From the NCBI GenBank assembly GCA_020353235.1, contig CP070693.1, forward strand, positions 644,343 through 708,342: a DNA stretch of 64,000 nt, read 5' to 3'. This document shows positions 1 to 9,783 of the stretch, one piece after another. The translations under genes and the position numbers were made by a program. Positions within the stretch are counted from its first letter, which is position 1; each line of letters begins with the position of its first letter. The DNA comes from Dehalococcoidia bacterium. Its GTDB lineage: Bacteria > Chloroflexota > Dehalococcoidia > Dehalococcoidales > JAUYDJ01. The notes below the pieces were generated by a model, which was not told where the DNA came from, made no database searches, and worked only from the letters and a program-made list of their open reading frames with translations.

Positions 1-432
1 CACTAGGGCGGCTTCGGCGCCGCTCAGCTGGCACAGGAGAGGCTCAACGTGGACCTGGCGGGAACCCCGCCGCCCGCTGTCCAGGTCATACTCCAGATTG
101 CAGTAGCCCGCAGCAACAGCGTCCATGGCGGATATTGCTTCCTGGCTCAGCAGAGCCCGACCGAGATTGGTGTGCAGTATCACCCCGGTAGCATTGACCG
201 CCGGATGCAGGCTGGGACTCTCCAGAAAATTGAGCTGAGCCGAAACTGCGGCCACTATATCATCGAGAGGGGGGCAGGGACTGCCCGCTGAGATAGCCTG
301 ACGGGCATCTTCAAGTTGCCTTCTGACCAAGTCCACCAGCAGGGTATGCGAGTAGGTCTGGCTGAGCCGCTTAAGCCGCCGGTCAGCAAGCAACCGGTCC
401 ACACTGGGCAGATGACGAAATTCGCTATTCAT
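1..432 (-). CDS. selA: L-seryl-tRNA(Sec) selenium transferase SelA, N-terminal 144 codons (gene runs off the window start)
   Basis: Absent from the ORF track because it runs off the edge. The reverse complement of 1..432 starts at ATG(432) and reads MNSEFRHLPSVDRLLADRRLKRLSQTYSHTLLVDLVRRQLEDARQAI...NATGVILHTNLGRALLS. The LPxxDRLL N-terminus and the NATGVxxHTNLGR motif are characteristic of SelA. It is divergent from selD. Confidence 0.85.
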   Translation of the reverse strand, partial: MNSEFRHLPSVDRLLADRRLKRLSQTYSHTLLVDLVRRQLEDARQAISAGSPCPPLDDIVAAVSAQLNFLESPSLHPAVNATGVILHTNLGRALLSQEAISAMDAVAAGYCNLEYDLDSGRRGSRQVHVEPLLCQLSGAEAALV

Positions 433-472
433 CGCCCGTATTCTACTACATCCAGCCTCAATTTCAAAGTTT

Positions 473-502
473 TTGCTTTAAATATCCGCTCAATGCTAAA
501 AT
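473..502 (+). promoter_or_regulatory. Candidate sigma70-type promoter for selD
   Basis: TTGCTT(473-478), 18-nt spacer, TAAAAT(497-502), about 40 nt upstream of ATG 542. Consensus matching by eye only. Confidence 0.35.
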
Positions 503-541
503 AGCAGACAAGACCAGGCTGATTCAGCAATTGAGGAGTCA

Positions 542-1592
542 GATGGAAAGAAAGCAAGACCCACGTTTAACCGAAAGTGTTCGTGGCGCCGGTTGAGCTT
601 CCAAGATAGGTCCGGGTGACCTCTTTGGGGCTCTAGGCGGACTACCGCTAATCTCCGACCCGAAGGTAATTCGAGGCATGGAGAGCCTGGACGACGCCGG
701 TGTCTACAAGCTGTCAGACGACCTGGCTATTATCCAGACCGTCGACTTCTTCACGCCCATAGTTGACGACCCCTATGCCTTCGGCCAGATTGCCGTCGCC
801 AACGCCCTGAGCGATGTCTACGCTATGGGCGGTAAGCCGCTGACTGCTCTCAACCTGGTATGCTTCCCGATAAACTCAATGGACGTCTCGGTTCTAGAGA
901 ACATCCTGAGGGGAGGCATCGCCAAAATGAACGAGGCGGGGGTAATCCTGATTGGCGGCCACAGCATTGACGATACCGAGCTGAAATACGGCCTGTCTGT
1001 TACCGGCACCGTCCACCCCGATAGACTGATCACCAATGCCGGCGCCGTCGCCGGGGATAAGCTTTTGCTTACCAAACCGCTGGGCACCGGCATTATCAAT
1101 ACCGCCCTGAAAGCGGGCATGGTGAGTGATGAGCTTGCCCGGAAGGTAACTGACTATATGGCTACCCTGAACAAAAAAGCCTCGGAATTAATGGCTGAAA
1201 TCGGAGTTCACGCCAGTACTGATATTACCGGCTTCGGCTTTCTGGGCCATTCGGCGCAGCTGGCCAAGGCCAGCCAGGTAGGCCTGGAATTTAACCTAGA
1301 CGCAATCCCCTACTTTAGCGAGGTCATCGACTTCGCCCAGCAGGGGCTGTGCCCCGCCGGGCTCTTCCGCAACCAGGAATACTACTCCTGCAAAGTAACT
1401 TTCCCCAAAGACGCACCACAGTATATACGCGACATTCTGTTTGATGCCCAGACCTCGGGTGGCCTGCTCATCTCCTTGGAGCCGGCCAAAGCTAAGCTGA
1501 TGCTGCGCCGGTTGCACCAGGCCGGCGTGAGTGACGCCGCCATCATTGGCGAAGTAGTCAGTGAGCCCAAAGGCAGGATTACCCTGAAGTAA
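542..1592 (+). CDS. selD: Selenophosphate synthetase SelD with an in-frame UGA (Sec) at 593-595 and an apparent 1-nt frame disruption at the C-run 600-602
   Basis: ORF 678..1592 is the SelD body (DDAGVY, FFTPIVDDPYAFGQIAVANALSDVYAMGGKP). Upstream, ATG 542 has a GAGGAG SD and encodes MERKQDPRLTESVRGAG-TGA-AS, the SelD glycine-rich loop with Sec where E. coli has Cys17. The next conserved residues, KIGPGDL, start at 603 but in the 678 frame. Confidence 0.8.
599..630 (+). promoter_or_regulatory. SECIS-like hairpin downstream of the selD UGA
   Basis: Core stem AGGUC(608-612)/GACCU(618-622) with loop CGGGU. The lower stem pairs 599-606 with 624-630, with A603 bulged and a U607/C623 mismatch. The apical loop lies 18-22 nt after the UGA. 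Confidence 0.5.
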
Positions 1593-1691
1593 GCTTACCC
1601 CAACCCTAACCCGTAATTACTCGGACTGTGATATAGGTCATATAAGTATTGAAAACCGGTTATTTAAAATAGGCCATAGCTGGAGAAGGCA

Positions 1692-4172
1692 ATGGCGGAG
1701 AAATCAAGCTCGCAGAAATCAGCGAAGGCTCATATCCACATGACCGGTATGACCTGCACCACCTGTGCCGCCACCATTGAGAAGGGGCTGGCGGATACGC
1801 TAGGCATTGACCAGGCCAAGGTCAGCTTCGCCTCGGAAAAGGCGGCGGTAGAGTATGACCCCCGTATGGTAAGCCTGGCCAAAATCAAGGGTAAAATCGC
1901 CGAGCTGGGCTACGCCACGGCGACCCGGAAATCAATCTTCCCGGTGGGCGGGATGACCTGTGCCTCCTGTGTCGCCCGCGTGGAAGAGGCACTAAAGAGC
2001 GCCCCCGGGGTAATCTCAGCCGATGTCAATCTGGCTTCGGAGAAAGCCACCGTAGAATATCTAGAGGGGACTGATATTGCCGAGCTGAGACGGGCGGTAA
2101 AAGAAGCCGGCTACGAGCTTGGCTCAGAGGCGGAGACCCTGGAAGATGTAGCTACCGCTACCCGCCGCGAGACGGGACGCCTGAGAAAGAGACTGATTAT
2201 AGCCGCGGCGCTGGCGGTGCCCATTTTTGCCCTTTCCATGTTTGTCCCCTCTTTCACCGGGAAGCCCTACCTGCTCTGGGCACTGGCCACGCCGGTGCAG
2301 TTCTGGGCGGGCTGGCGCTTCTACCGGGGCGCCTGGGGCGCCCTCAAGCACCGCACCGCCGACATGAATACCCTGATTGCCGTCGGCACCTCAGCCGCTT
2401 ATCTCTACAGCATGATTGCCATTCTCTTGCCCGCCCTTTTTGCCGCCGGCGGGCTGGAACCCCACCTCTATTTTGATACTTCCGCCATGATTATCACCCT
2501 CATTCTGCTCGGCCGCTTTTTTGAAGCCAGAGCCAAGGGACAGACCTCAGAGGCAATCAAGAAGCTCATCGGCATGCAGCCCAAGACGGCTCTGGTCATC
2601 CGCAACGGTGAAGAAACCGAAATCCCAATTGAGGATGTCCAGGTCGGTGACCTCATTCTGGTCAGGCCGGGGGAGCGGGTGCCGGTGGATGGCATCGTCC
2701 GCCGCGGGCACTCCACCATTGATGAATCAATGATTACCGGGGAGAGCATCCCGGTGGAGAAAAAGAGCGGTGATGAGGTCATCGGCGCCACCATCAACAA
2801 GACGGGCAGCTTTCGCTTTGAGGCCACCAAGGTGGGCAAAGACACCACCCTAGCGCGGATTATACGGCTGGTGGAAGAAGCCCAGGGGAGCAAGGCGCCC
2901 ATTCAGCGCCTGGCCGATATTATTGCCAGCTACTTTGTGCCCACCGGGATTGGCATTGCCATAGTTACTTTTATCATCTGGTACATTGTGGGACCTGCCC
3001 CCAGCCTCACCTTCGCCCTGCTCAATTTTATTGCCGTGCTCATCATCGCCTGCCCCTGCGCCCTAGGACTGGCCACGCCCACCGCAATTATGGTCGGCAC
3101 CGGCAAGGGCGCCGAACACGGCATTCTGATTCGCGATGCCGAGGCGCTGGAGAGGTCTCACCAGATAAACACCGTGCTGCTGGACAAGACCGGCACGCTG
3201 ACTCAGGGCGAGCCGGAGGTGACTGATATCGTTGCTGCCGCCTCAATATCTCAGGAAGAGGTGCTTAAACTGGCTGCCTCGGCAGAGCGAGGCTCGGAGC
3301 ACCCGCTGGGGGAAGCCATCGTCAGGGCAGCTGCAGCCAAAAAGCTAAAGCTTTATCCCGTCGCTGAATTTAACGCCATCCCGGGACACGGTATTGAGGC
3401 TTCGCTCAAAAAGAAGCCGCTTGTTCTGGGTAACCTGAGACTGATGGAAAGCCGAGGGCTTGCCCTCAATGGCATGGCTAAAGAAGCCGAGCGCCTGCGC
3501 GACGAGGGCAAGACAGTGATGTTCCTCGGCTGGGACAGCCAGGTGGTGGGCATCATCGCCCTGGCTTATACCCTCAAAGCCAACGCCAGAGACGCCCTGA
3601 AGGCACTGCACCGAATGGGTATCGAGGTGGGTATGCTCACCGGAGATAATCGGCGCACCGCTGAGGCGATTGCCCGAGAGGCAGGCATTGACCGCGTCCT
3701 GGCTGAGGTTCTACCCGAACACAAGGCGCAGGAGGTCAAGAAGCTTCAGGGTAAAGGCAAAGTAGTCGCCATGGTGGGGGACGGCATAAATGATGCCCCG
3801 GCGCTAGCCCAGGCTGATATCGGTATTGCCATCGGCACCGGCACCGATGTCGCCATGGAGACCGGTGATATCACCCTGATTAGCGGTGACTTGACCGCCA
3901 TCGCCACTGCGGTAGCGCTGAGCAAGCGCACCATGAGAACGATAAAGCAGAATTTATTCTGGGCTTTCGCCTATAATACGGCTCTTATCCCGGTGGCGGC
4001 CGGTGTCCTTTATCTTGTCTTCGGGCAGGGCGGTGTTCCCGCCGGACTCAACTTTGTCCTCGGTAACTATGGCTTCTTAAACCCGATTCTGGCAGCCGCC
4101 GCCATGGCGGCCAGCTCACTGACGGTGGTGTTCAACTCACTTCGTCTCCGCCGATTTAGCCCAGCCAAATAA
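1692..4172 (+). CDS. copA: Copper-translocating P1B-type ATPase
   Basis: Two N-terminal HMA domains (GMTCTTC, GMTCASC), a CPC transmembrane motif ([11 protein letters not shown]), the DKTGTLT phosphorylation site and the GDGINDAP hinge. Confidence 0.95.
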   Translation: MAEKSSSQKSAKAHIHMTGMTCTTCAATIEKGLADTLGIDQAKVSFASEKAAVEYDPRMVSLAKIKGKIAELGYATATRKSIFPVGGMTCASCVARVEEALKSAPGVISADVNLASEKATVEYLEGTDIAELRRAVKEAGYELGSEAETLEDVATATRRETGRLRKRLIIAAALAVPIFALSMFVPSFTGKPYLLWALATPVQFWAGWRFYRGAWGALKHRTADMNTLIAVGTSAAYLYSMIAILLPALFAAGGLEPHLYFDTSAMIITLILLGRFFEARAKGQTSEAIKKLIGMQPKTALVIRNGEETEIPIEDVQVGDLILVRPGERVPVDGIVRRGHSTIDESMITGESIPVEKKSGDEVIGATINKTGSFRFEATKVGKDTTLARIIRLVEEAQGSKAPIQRLADIIASYFVPTGIGIAIVTFIIWYIVGPAPSLTFALLNFIAVLIIACPCALGLATPTAIMVGTGKGAEHGILIRDAEALERSHQINTVLLDKTGTLTQGEPEVTDIVAAASISQEEVLKLAASAERGSEHPLGEAIVRAAAAKKLKLYPVAEFNAIPGHGIEASLKKKPLVLGNLRLMESRGLALNGMAKEAERLRDEGKTVMFLGWDSQVVGIIALAYTLKANARDALKALHRMGIEVGMLTGDNRRTAEAIAREAGIDRVLAEVLPEHKAQEVKKLQGKGKVVAMVGDGINDAPALAQADIGIAIGTGTDVAMETGDITLISGDLTAIATAVALSKRTMRTIKQNLFWAFAYNTALIPVAAGVLYLVFGQGGVPAGLNFVLGNYGFLNPILAAAAMAASSLTVVFNSLRLRRFSPAK

Positions 4173-4185
4173 AGGAGGTGTCATT

Positions 4186-4374
4186 ATGGCAATTGACCCG
4201 GTTTGTAAGATGGAAGTAGACGAGAAGACAGCCGCGGCGACCTCAGAATATGAGGGCAAAAAGTACTACTTCTGTTCCGTGGGCTGCAAGAAAGCTTTTG
4301 ACCAGAACCCGGAGAAATACCTGCGCCGGGGAGGGGAAGGCGAAGCTGGAGCTGACATCGCCGACGTTGCCTGA
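4186..4374 (+). CDS. YHS/TRASH-type metal-binding domain protein
   Basis: MAIDPVCKMEVD...YYFCSVGCKKAFDQNPEKYL is the YHS pattern. It starts 13 nt after copA and has an AGGAGG SD. Confidence 0.8.
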   Translation: MAIDPVCKMEVDEKTAAATSEYEGKKYYFCSVGCKKAFDQNPEKYLRRGGEGEAGADIADVA

Positions 4375-4390
4375 CTTAATCCGGTGGGGA

Positions 4391-4630
4391 TTACCGGGAT
4401 AACAGCTTATCCAACAGTGGCTGGTCAAAGCCAACCACAATCTCGTCACCAATGACGATAACCGGCACGCCCATCTGCCCCGACTTCTGTATCATCTCCC
4501 GGGCTTTCTCCCTGTCCTCAGCCACATTGTGGTCAACGTAGGCAATCCCCTTCCCAGTAAGGTACTCCTTGGCTCTCCTGCAGTGGGGACAGGTAGGGGT
4601 GGAGTAGATAACTACTTTTGGCTCAGCCAT
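4391..4630 (-). CDS. Glutaredoxin-like small redox protein (NrdH/YruB-like)
   Basis: 79 aa with a VVIYSTPTCPHCRRAKEYL active site (CPHC) and a GVPVIVIGDEIVVGFD thioredoxin-fold C-terminus. Confidence 0.8.
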   Translation of the reverse strand: MAEPKVVIYSTPTCPHCRRAKEYLTGKGIAYVDHNVAEDREKAREMIQKSGQMGVPVIVIGDEIVVGFDQPLLDKLLSR

Positions 4631-4784
4631 TTCCCACCTCCAACCGCCGGTTCCTACCGGCTGCCTGAAAATCTTAATCAGAGTCTATCGGGAATGTCAA
4701 GCTCCGGCTCGCTTGATAGCCCCAGGCTATCCTGTTACTATTACTGGATAGTCCCTGAATTAACCGGTGAGGGAGCGAAGAGCT

Positions 4785-6938
4785 ATGTCACACGAAAAAG
4801 ACGAACGTGCCGCAACACTGGCTTCGCTTCGCTCTATTTTATGCCCGCGCTCGGTAGCCGTCATCGGCGCCTCCCGAAAAGCAGGCACCATCGGGCAGCT
4901 CATCTTTCAATCCCTGCTCCAGGCCAAGTTTAACGGCGTCGTCTATCCGGTGAACCCCAACGCCAAAGCCATAATGTCAGTCAAAGCCTACCCTTCCGCG
5001 CTTGATATACCCGGCAGTGTTGACCTGGCCATTATCGTGGTGCCGGCACCACTGGTAGCCAAGGTAGCTGATGAGTGCGGACGCAAAGGGGTGCACGCCT
5101 TAATCGTTATCTCCGATGGCTTCCGGGAGCGGGGGGCGGAAGGCGCCGCCCGGGAAAACGAGCTGAGAGATATTGCCCTGGGACACGGCATGCGCCTGGT
5201 TGGTCCCAACTGCATGGGGGTCATCAATACCAACCCCTCGGTAAACCTTAACGCCACTTTTTCCCGCATCTACCCGCCACGAGGTGACATTGCCCTGCTC
5301 TCCCAGAGCGGGGCAATGGGGCTGGTTATTCTGGAACATGCCCAGAACTTAAACCTGGGTATCTCCACCTTTGTCAGTGTCGGTAACCGCACTGACATCT
5401 CCTCCAATGACCTGCTGCAGTACTGGGAGCAAGACCGAAAGACCCGAGTCATCCTCCTCTACCTGGAATCTTTCGGTAATCCCAAAAAGTTCAGCCGCAT
5501 CGCCCGGCGGGTCTCAGTAAAAAAACCGATTGTGGCCGTGAAGGGTGGGCGCAGCTCGGCAGGCTCGCGGGCGGCGTCATCCCACACCGGCGCTCTGGCC
5601 ACGCCGGAGATAGTCTCCGACGCCCTTTTCCACCAGGCCGGCATCATCCGGGTAAACTCGGTAGAAGAACTCTTTAATCTGGCTACCCTGCTTTCCAACC
5701 AGCCCATACCGAAGGGGAAAAGGCTGGTAATCGTCACCAACGGCGGCGGGCCGGGTATAATTGCCGCCGATGCCTCGGAGCAGCACGGCCTGGCGCTGCC
5801 CGAATTTTGCCCGGAGACGAAACAGCGGCTCAAAGCCGTTATCAAGCGTGATATTGAACTGAACAACCCCCTTGACCTCACCGCCGGTGCCGGCGCTGAT
5901 GAATTTGAGGGGGTGCTCAAAATACTGGCCCAAGACCCGGACAGTGACGGCGTGCTGACCATATTCATCCCGCCTGTCGTTACCGACCCCCAGGCGATGG
6001 CCGAGGCCATCAGGCGGGTCAACCCCGCCTTCCGGCGGCAGGGCAAGCCACTGGTAGCCTGTTTTATGGGGCAGAAAGGGACACCAAGGAAGCTGGGCCC
6101 AGTGGGGAAATCGGTGCCCAGCTATCTCTTCCCGGAAGACGCCGTTTCAGCACTAGCCAAAGCCGCCCACTACCACGAACTGGCCCGGCAGCCGAAGGGC
6201 GCCATCCCCAAGATTGGCGGTATCAAGCCGGAGAGGGCACGAAAGATAATTCAAAAGGCGATGGCGCAGAATAGCCGGCGGCCACTCTGGCTTGCCCCCG
6301 ATGATATCTTCGGCCTGCTGGACAGCTACGGGATACGCTCAGTACCGACCTTACTTGCCCGGACACCGACTGAGGCCGCCGCCCACGCCTCAAAAATGGG
6401 CTTTCCGGTGGTGGTTAAGCTCAACTCGCCCAGTATCGTGCACAAGACCGATGTCGGTGGGGTTATTCTTGACCTTGAATCTGAAAGCGAGGTAAAAGAG
6501 GCCTTTAATGATATTAAAGCCAGGCTTACCAAGCTTGGCCGCGAGCGCGAGATGGACGGGGTAATCGTGCAGAAGATGATACGGGAAGGCACCGAAGTCA
6601 TCGTCGGCGTCACCCAGGACCCGTCTTTCGGACCGCTGATTATGTTCGGGCTCGGCGGCATCTACGCCGAGCTGCTCAAGGACATCGCAGTGAGACTGCA
6701 CCCCCTCACCGATTTGGATGCCAGGTCACTGATTGGCTCGGTCAAGATGGCCAAGCTTCTTGATGGCTTCCGGGAGCTGCCCCCCGCCGACACCAAGGCG
6801 CTGGAGGACCTGCTGCTCTGCTTCTCGGCACTGGTGGAGGATATCCCCGAAATTGCCGAGCTTGACCTGAACCCGGTCAAGGTAATGCCGAGAGGCGAAG
6901 GCTACTGGGTGGTCGACGCCCGGTCGATGGTGAAATAA
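4785..6938 (+). CDS. ADP-forming acyl/acetyl-CoA synthetase, fused alpha-beta form
   Basis: N-terminal CoA-binding region (SVAVIGASRKAGTIG), a succinyl-CoA-synthetase-like ligase region and a C-terminal ATP-grasp region (GFPVVVKLNSPSIVHKTDVGGV). I chose ATG 4785 because it has a GAGGGAG SD; the track's GTG 4767 lies inside that SD. Confidence 0.85.
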   Translation: MSHEKDERAATLASLRSILCPRSVAVIGASRKAGTIGQLIFQSLLQAKFNGVVYPVNPNAKAIMSVKAYPSALDIPGSVDLAIIVVPAPLVAKVADECGRKGVHALIVISDGFRERGAEGAARENELRDIALGHGMRLVGPNCMGVINTNPSVNLNATFSRIYPPRGDIALLSQSGAMGLVILEHAQNLNLGISTFVSVGNRTDISSNDLLQYWEQDRKTRVILLYLESFGNPKKFSRIARRVSVKKPIVAVKGGRSSAGSRAASSHTGALATPEIVSDALFHQAGIIRVNSVEELFNLATLLSNQPIPKGKRLVIVTNGGGPGIIAADASEQHGLALPEFCPETKQRLKAVIKRDIELNNPLDLTAGAGADEFEGVLKILAQDPDSDGVLTIFIPPVVTDPQAMAEAIRRVNPAFRRQGKPLVACFMGQKGTPRKLGPVGKSVPSYLFPEDAVSALAKAAHYHELARQPKGAIPKIGGIKPERARKIIQKAMAQNSRRPLWLAPDDIFGLLDSYGIRSVPTLLARTPTEAAAHASKMGFPVVVKLNSPSIVHKTDVGGVILDLESESEVKEAFNDIKARLTKLGREREMDGVIVQKMIREGTEVIVGVTQDPSFGPLIMFGLGGIYAELLKDIAVRLHPLTDLDARSLIGSVKMAKLLDGFRELPPADTKALEDLLLCFSALVEDIPEIAELDLNPVKVMPRGEGYWVVDARSMVK

Positions 6939-6994
6939 AATACGGGTGCGTTTTGAGGTATTGACTACGGTGACAATTAACTACGACCTACCAT

Positions 6995-7015
6995 CTCCAA
7001 GAGGCAGCTCTGGAG
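6995..7015. terminator. Hairpin between the convergent acyl-CoA synthetase gene and tRNA-Ala (weak bidirectional terminator candidate)
   Basis: CTCCA(A)GAG gcag CTCTGGAG: 8 bp with one bulge. No clear U-tract on either strand. Confidence 0.25.
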
Positions 7016-7049
7016 GAGTTAATAATGAAGTTCTACCTATTGATACTTT

Positions 7050-7125
7050 TGGTGGAGCTGAGGGGACTCGAACCCCTGACCTCCTCCGTGCAAAGGAGGC
7101 GCTCTCCCAGCTGAGCTACAGCCCC
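7050..7125 (-). tRNA. tRNA-Ala (anticodon UGC), CCA encoded
   Basis: The reverse complement folds as a cloverleaf: GGGGCTG TA GCTC AGCTGGGA GAGC G CCTCC TTTGCAC GGAGG AGGTC AGGGG TTCGAGT CCCCT CAGCTCC ACCA. It has the G3:U70 alanine identity pair, a TTCGAGT T-loop and a 76-nt length. Confidence 0.97.
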
Positions 7126-7137
7126 ACCTCAAAAAGT

Positions 7138-7166
7138 ATTATAATAGGCAAAGTTCCTATTTGCAA
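7138..7166 (-). promoter_or_regulatory. Near-consensus sigma70-type promoter for tRNA-Ala
   Basis: On the minus strand: TTGCAA(7166-7161), 17-nt spacer, TATAAT(7143-7138). The tRNA 5' end follows 12 nt downstream. Confidence 0.55.
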
Positions 7167-7182
7167 TTTGGCGTAATGTCCC

Positions 7183-8016
7183 ATGATAATACCAACCGCT
7201 CACATTATTATTCTGCTCATAACCGGCACCGGTGTCGGCTTTATCATCGGGCTGCTCGGCCTGGGTGGCGGCCCAGTTCTGATTCCTGTGCAGTACATCT
7301 TATATACCGATGCCGGTATCCCGACCGACACTGCGGTGAAGCTCGCCTTCGGCACCAATTTACTGGTGGTGCTGCCCATTGCCATCAGCGGCGCCTTGAG
7401 ACACCACCAGAGGGGAGCAGTTAAGTGGAAGGTAGCCCTGGTTATGGGGGGCTGCGGTCTGGTCACCTCTTTTGTTGGGGCTACCCTAGCCACCCACCTC
7501 CCCGGGGCTACCCTGAAGATAGTCTTCGGTGTGGTGGCGGTAGCCATTGCCGTCAGGATGCTTACCGCCCGGCTGCCGGAGACCAGAGAAGAAGAGCCTA
7601 AGTCAAACCCCTGGCTCTGGGCAGCCTGGGCGATTCCCATCGGTCTATTCACTGGCATCCTGGGCATCGGCGGGGGCATACTGATGATTCCCATCCTAGT
7701 GCTGGCGCTCAAACTCAGGATGCACAGTGCCGTCGCCACTTCGCTGGCTATCATGATGTTCAATTCCGCCAGTGGCGCCATCGGCTATATCATCAACGGC
7801 CTTAATGCGCCCAACCTGCCAGCTTATTCCCTCGGCTACGTTCACCTGCCCACCTGGTTGCTGCTGGCGGCAACCGGTGTCGGCATGGCCCAGCTAGGGG
7901 CGGTAACCGCCCACCGCCTGCCCGCCCGGCAGCTGAGATACATGTTCATTGCCGTCGTCTTCTATATGGGACTGAGGATGATTGGCGTTTTTGACTGGCT
8001 GGGCTGGCCGATATAG
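7183..8016 (+). CDS. TSUP (TauE/SafE) family anion-exporter-like membrane protein
   Basis: 277 aa and polytopic, with duplicated G-rich motifs (GLLGLGGGPVLIP, GILGIGGGILMIPIL) typical of TSUP. Confidence 0.8.
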   Translation: MIIPTAHIIILLITGTGVGFIIGLLGLGGGPVLIPVQYILYTDAGIPTDTAVKLAFGTNLLVVLPIAISGALRHHQRGAVKWKVALVMGGCGLVTSFVGATLATHLPGATLKIVFGVVAVAIAVRMLTARLPETREEEPKSNPWLWAAWAIPIGLFTGILGIGGGILMIPILVLALKLRMHSAVATSLAIMMFNSASGAIGYIINGLNAPNLPAYSLGYVHLPTWLLLAATGVGMAQLGAVTAHRLPARQLRYMFIAVVFYMGLRMIGVFDWLGWPI

Positions 8017-8020
8017 CCGG

Positions 8021-9775
8021 CTATAAAACTAAATTTAACAGCCCGCCGGTGACCAGAGCCACCGAGATCATTATCCCGGCCGCTTTCAGCATATTGACCA
8101 CCCCCAGCTCCCGGATGAGCACCACGAAGGTAGCCACGCAGGGAAAGAACATCGCCAGGACCACGCTGCCCACCACCAGCTGCCCGCTGGTCAAGCCCAG
8201 CGGCGCCAGCATGCCCAGCGCCACGTCTTTGCGCAGGAAACCGATGACCAGGGCAGTCACCGCTTCCTTGGGCAGCCCCAGCAGGCCGGTCACCACCGGT
8301 GCCGTGAAATTGGCGATTACCTCAAACACTCCCCAGAAATAGAGGATATTGATGGCCAGAATGGCAATTAAAATAATGGGCACGGCTTCCCGCAGGAAAC
8401 CGTAGCTTCTCAGCCACAGCTTCTGCAGCACGGCACGCCAGGGCGGCAGCCGGTAGGGCGGTATCTCGATGAGCAGCTCCGGGCTGAACCCCCGCACCGT
8501 ATGGTTCAGGATAAAACCCAGGACGACCCAGACCACAAAGAGGGTGCCGTAGACCATGGCGACATACTGTCCCCCCCGCGCCCCCACCAGACCGAATATC
8601 ATCGCCTGCAGGGCAGCGCAGGGCACGGCAATAGAAATCAGGGTAGCAGCGATGAATCTCTCCCGCCGGCTCTCCAGAATCCGGGTTGCCAGAACCGCCG
8701 GCACGTTGCAGCCAAAGCCGAGCAGCCCGGGAATGATAGCATAGCCGTGTAAACCGAGCCGGTGCATCACGGTGTCCACCAGAACCCCCAGTCGGGGCAG
8801 GTAGCCGACGTCCTCCAGCAGACCGAGCACCAGATAGAAAGAGATGATATAGGGCAGAACCATAGCTAGGGGGACGTAAAGCCCGCTGGAGAGAAGGCCA
8901 AAGGACTCGACGAAGTTTATTTCCCCATTGGTGAGCCTGCCGACTATAATTTCATGGAGAAAGCCGCTGCCGCCGAGCAATGAGCTCAGCCTTAACAGCA
9001 CTGGTGCCCACACCCCGTTAAAGAAGGGGTCAAGCACATAGTTAATCAGGCTCTCGCCGATGAAACGGACCACCCCGAAAGCCGCCGCCAGCACCACCAT
9101 GGCGATAAGGCCACCAGTCAGCGGCTGGACGCTGGCATCCTCCAGGTGCTCCGCCCAGGTATGGTGGCGGTGGCTAATCCGCTGGACGCTGTCGGTAATT
9201 TTACCGATAACCGCCCAGCGCTCGTCATGGCTCTGCGCCGGGAGGCGGGGTGAGGCTGCCCGGGGAATACTCTGCACCAGCTCTTTTATCCCCTGCCCGG
9301 TTACCGCCACGGTCGGTATCACCGGCACCCGCAGCAGCTCCTCCAGCTTTGCCAGGTCAATATCTATACCCCGGTGCCTGGTATCATCCCACATATTCAG
9401 AGCCACTATCACCGGGATATCCCGTTCCAGCAGCTGCAGGGTGAGATAAAGATTTCTCTCCAGATTGGTGGCATTGACCACATTGATGACCAGGTCGCCG
9501 TCGCCGAGCATGTCGAGGGCAATCTGCTCCGCTTCGCAGGTCGGCTCTAGGGTATAGGTGCCTGGCACATCAATGACCTCCACCTCCCCCTCGCCCAGCT
9601 TCATAGCGCCGTGGGTGTAGCTGACCGTGGTGCCGGGGTAGTTAGACGCAATTACCTTAACCCCGGTGAGACGGGAAAAAAGGACACTCTTGCCTACGTT
9701 GGGGTTACCCACCAGCAGGACTTTTTTGATTCCGGACTGCCTGTTTTTCTTATTGCCTAGCCTGTGACAGGCCAT
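8021..9775 (-). CDS. feoB: Ferrous iron transporter FeoB
   Basis: N-terminal G-domain (GNPNVGKS, DVPGTYTL, NMWD) followed by a polytopic membrane domain. Confidence 0.95.
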   Translation of the reverse strand: MACHRLGNKKNRQSGIKKVLLVGNPNVGKSVLFSRLTGVKVIASNYPGTTVSYTHGAMKLGEGEVEVIDVPGTYTLEPTCEAEQIALDMLGDGDLVINVVNATNLERNLYLTLQLLERDIPVIVALNMWDDTRHRGIDIDLAKLEELLRVPVIPTVAVTGQGIKELVQSIPRAASPRLPAQSHDERWAVIGKITDSVQRISHRHHTWAEHLEDASVQPLTGGLIAMVVLAAAFGVVRFIGESLINYVLDPFFNGVWAPVLLRLSSLLGGSGFLHEIIVGRLTNGEINFVESFGLLSSGLYVPLAMVLPYIISFYLVLGLLEDVGYLPRLGVLVDTVMHRLGLHGYAIIPGLLGFGCNVPAVLATRILESRRERFIAATLISIAVPCAALQAMIFGLVGARGGQYVAMVYGTLFVVWVVLGFILNHTVRGFSPELLIEIPPYRLPPWRAVLQKLWLRSYGFLREAVPIILIAILAINILYFWGVFEVIANFTAPVVTGLLGLPKEAVTALVIGFLRKDVALGMLAPLGLTSGQLVVGSVVLAMFFPCVATFVVLIRELGVVNMLKAAGIMISVALVTGGLLNLVL

Positions 9776-9783
9776 GTTACCAC

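Noticed and set aside
49-504. Plus-strand ORFs 49..291 (80 aa) and 316..504 (62 aa)
   Set aside because: They lie antisense to a clear selA N-terminus (1..432, minus strand) and show no recognisable motifs. They look like typical shadow ORFs of a GC-rich coding region.
678-680. ATG 678 as the selD start, as given in the ORF track
   Set aside because: It would remove the conserved Sec/Cys-Lys N-terminal loop. That loop is plainly encoded upstream (542-622) behind a good SD. Met 678 aligns to an internal SelD position.
1593-1691. Looked for a CsoR/CopY-type operator or a copper regulator gene upstream of copA
   Set aside because: There is no convincing palindrome (no TACAnnTGTA and no GC-rich pseudo-palindrome) and no regulator gene adjacent. 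Only a weak TTACTC-N18-TATAAG promoter-like match is present.
5459-6046. Long antisense ORFs inside well-supported genes (5459..6046, 7200..7781, 35544..36089, 36574..37059, 40064..40687, 33886..34338 and others)
   Set aside because: Each is fully nested opposite a gene with strong family motifs. Their translations are Arg/Pro/Ser/Gly-rich and low in complexity, as expected from the antisense frame of GC-rich codons.
7161-7189. Plus-strand promoter reading of the palindromic TTGCAA(7161-66)-N18-GATAAT(7184-89) for the TSUP gene
   Set aside because: The putative -10 overlaps the only available ATG (7183), so the TSS would fall inside the coding sequence. The same TTGCAA works much better as the -35 of the minus-strand tRNA-Ala promoter.
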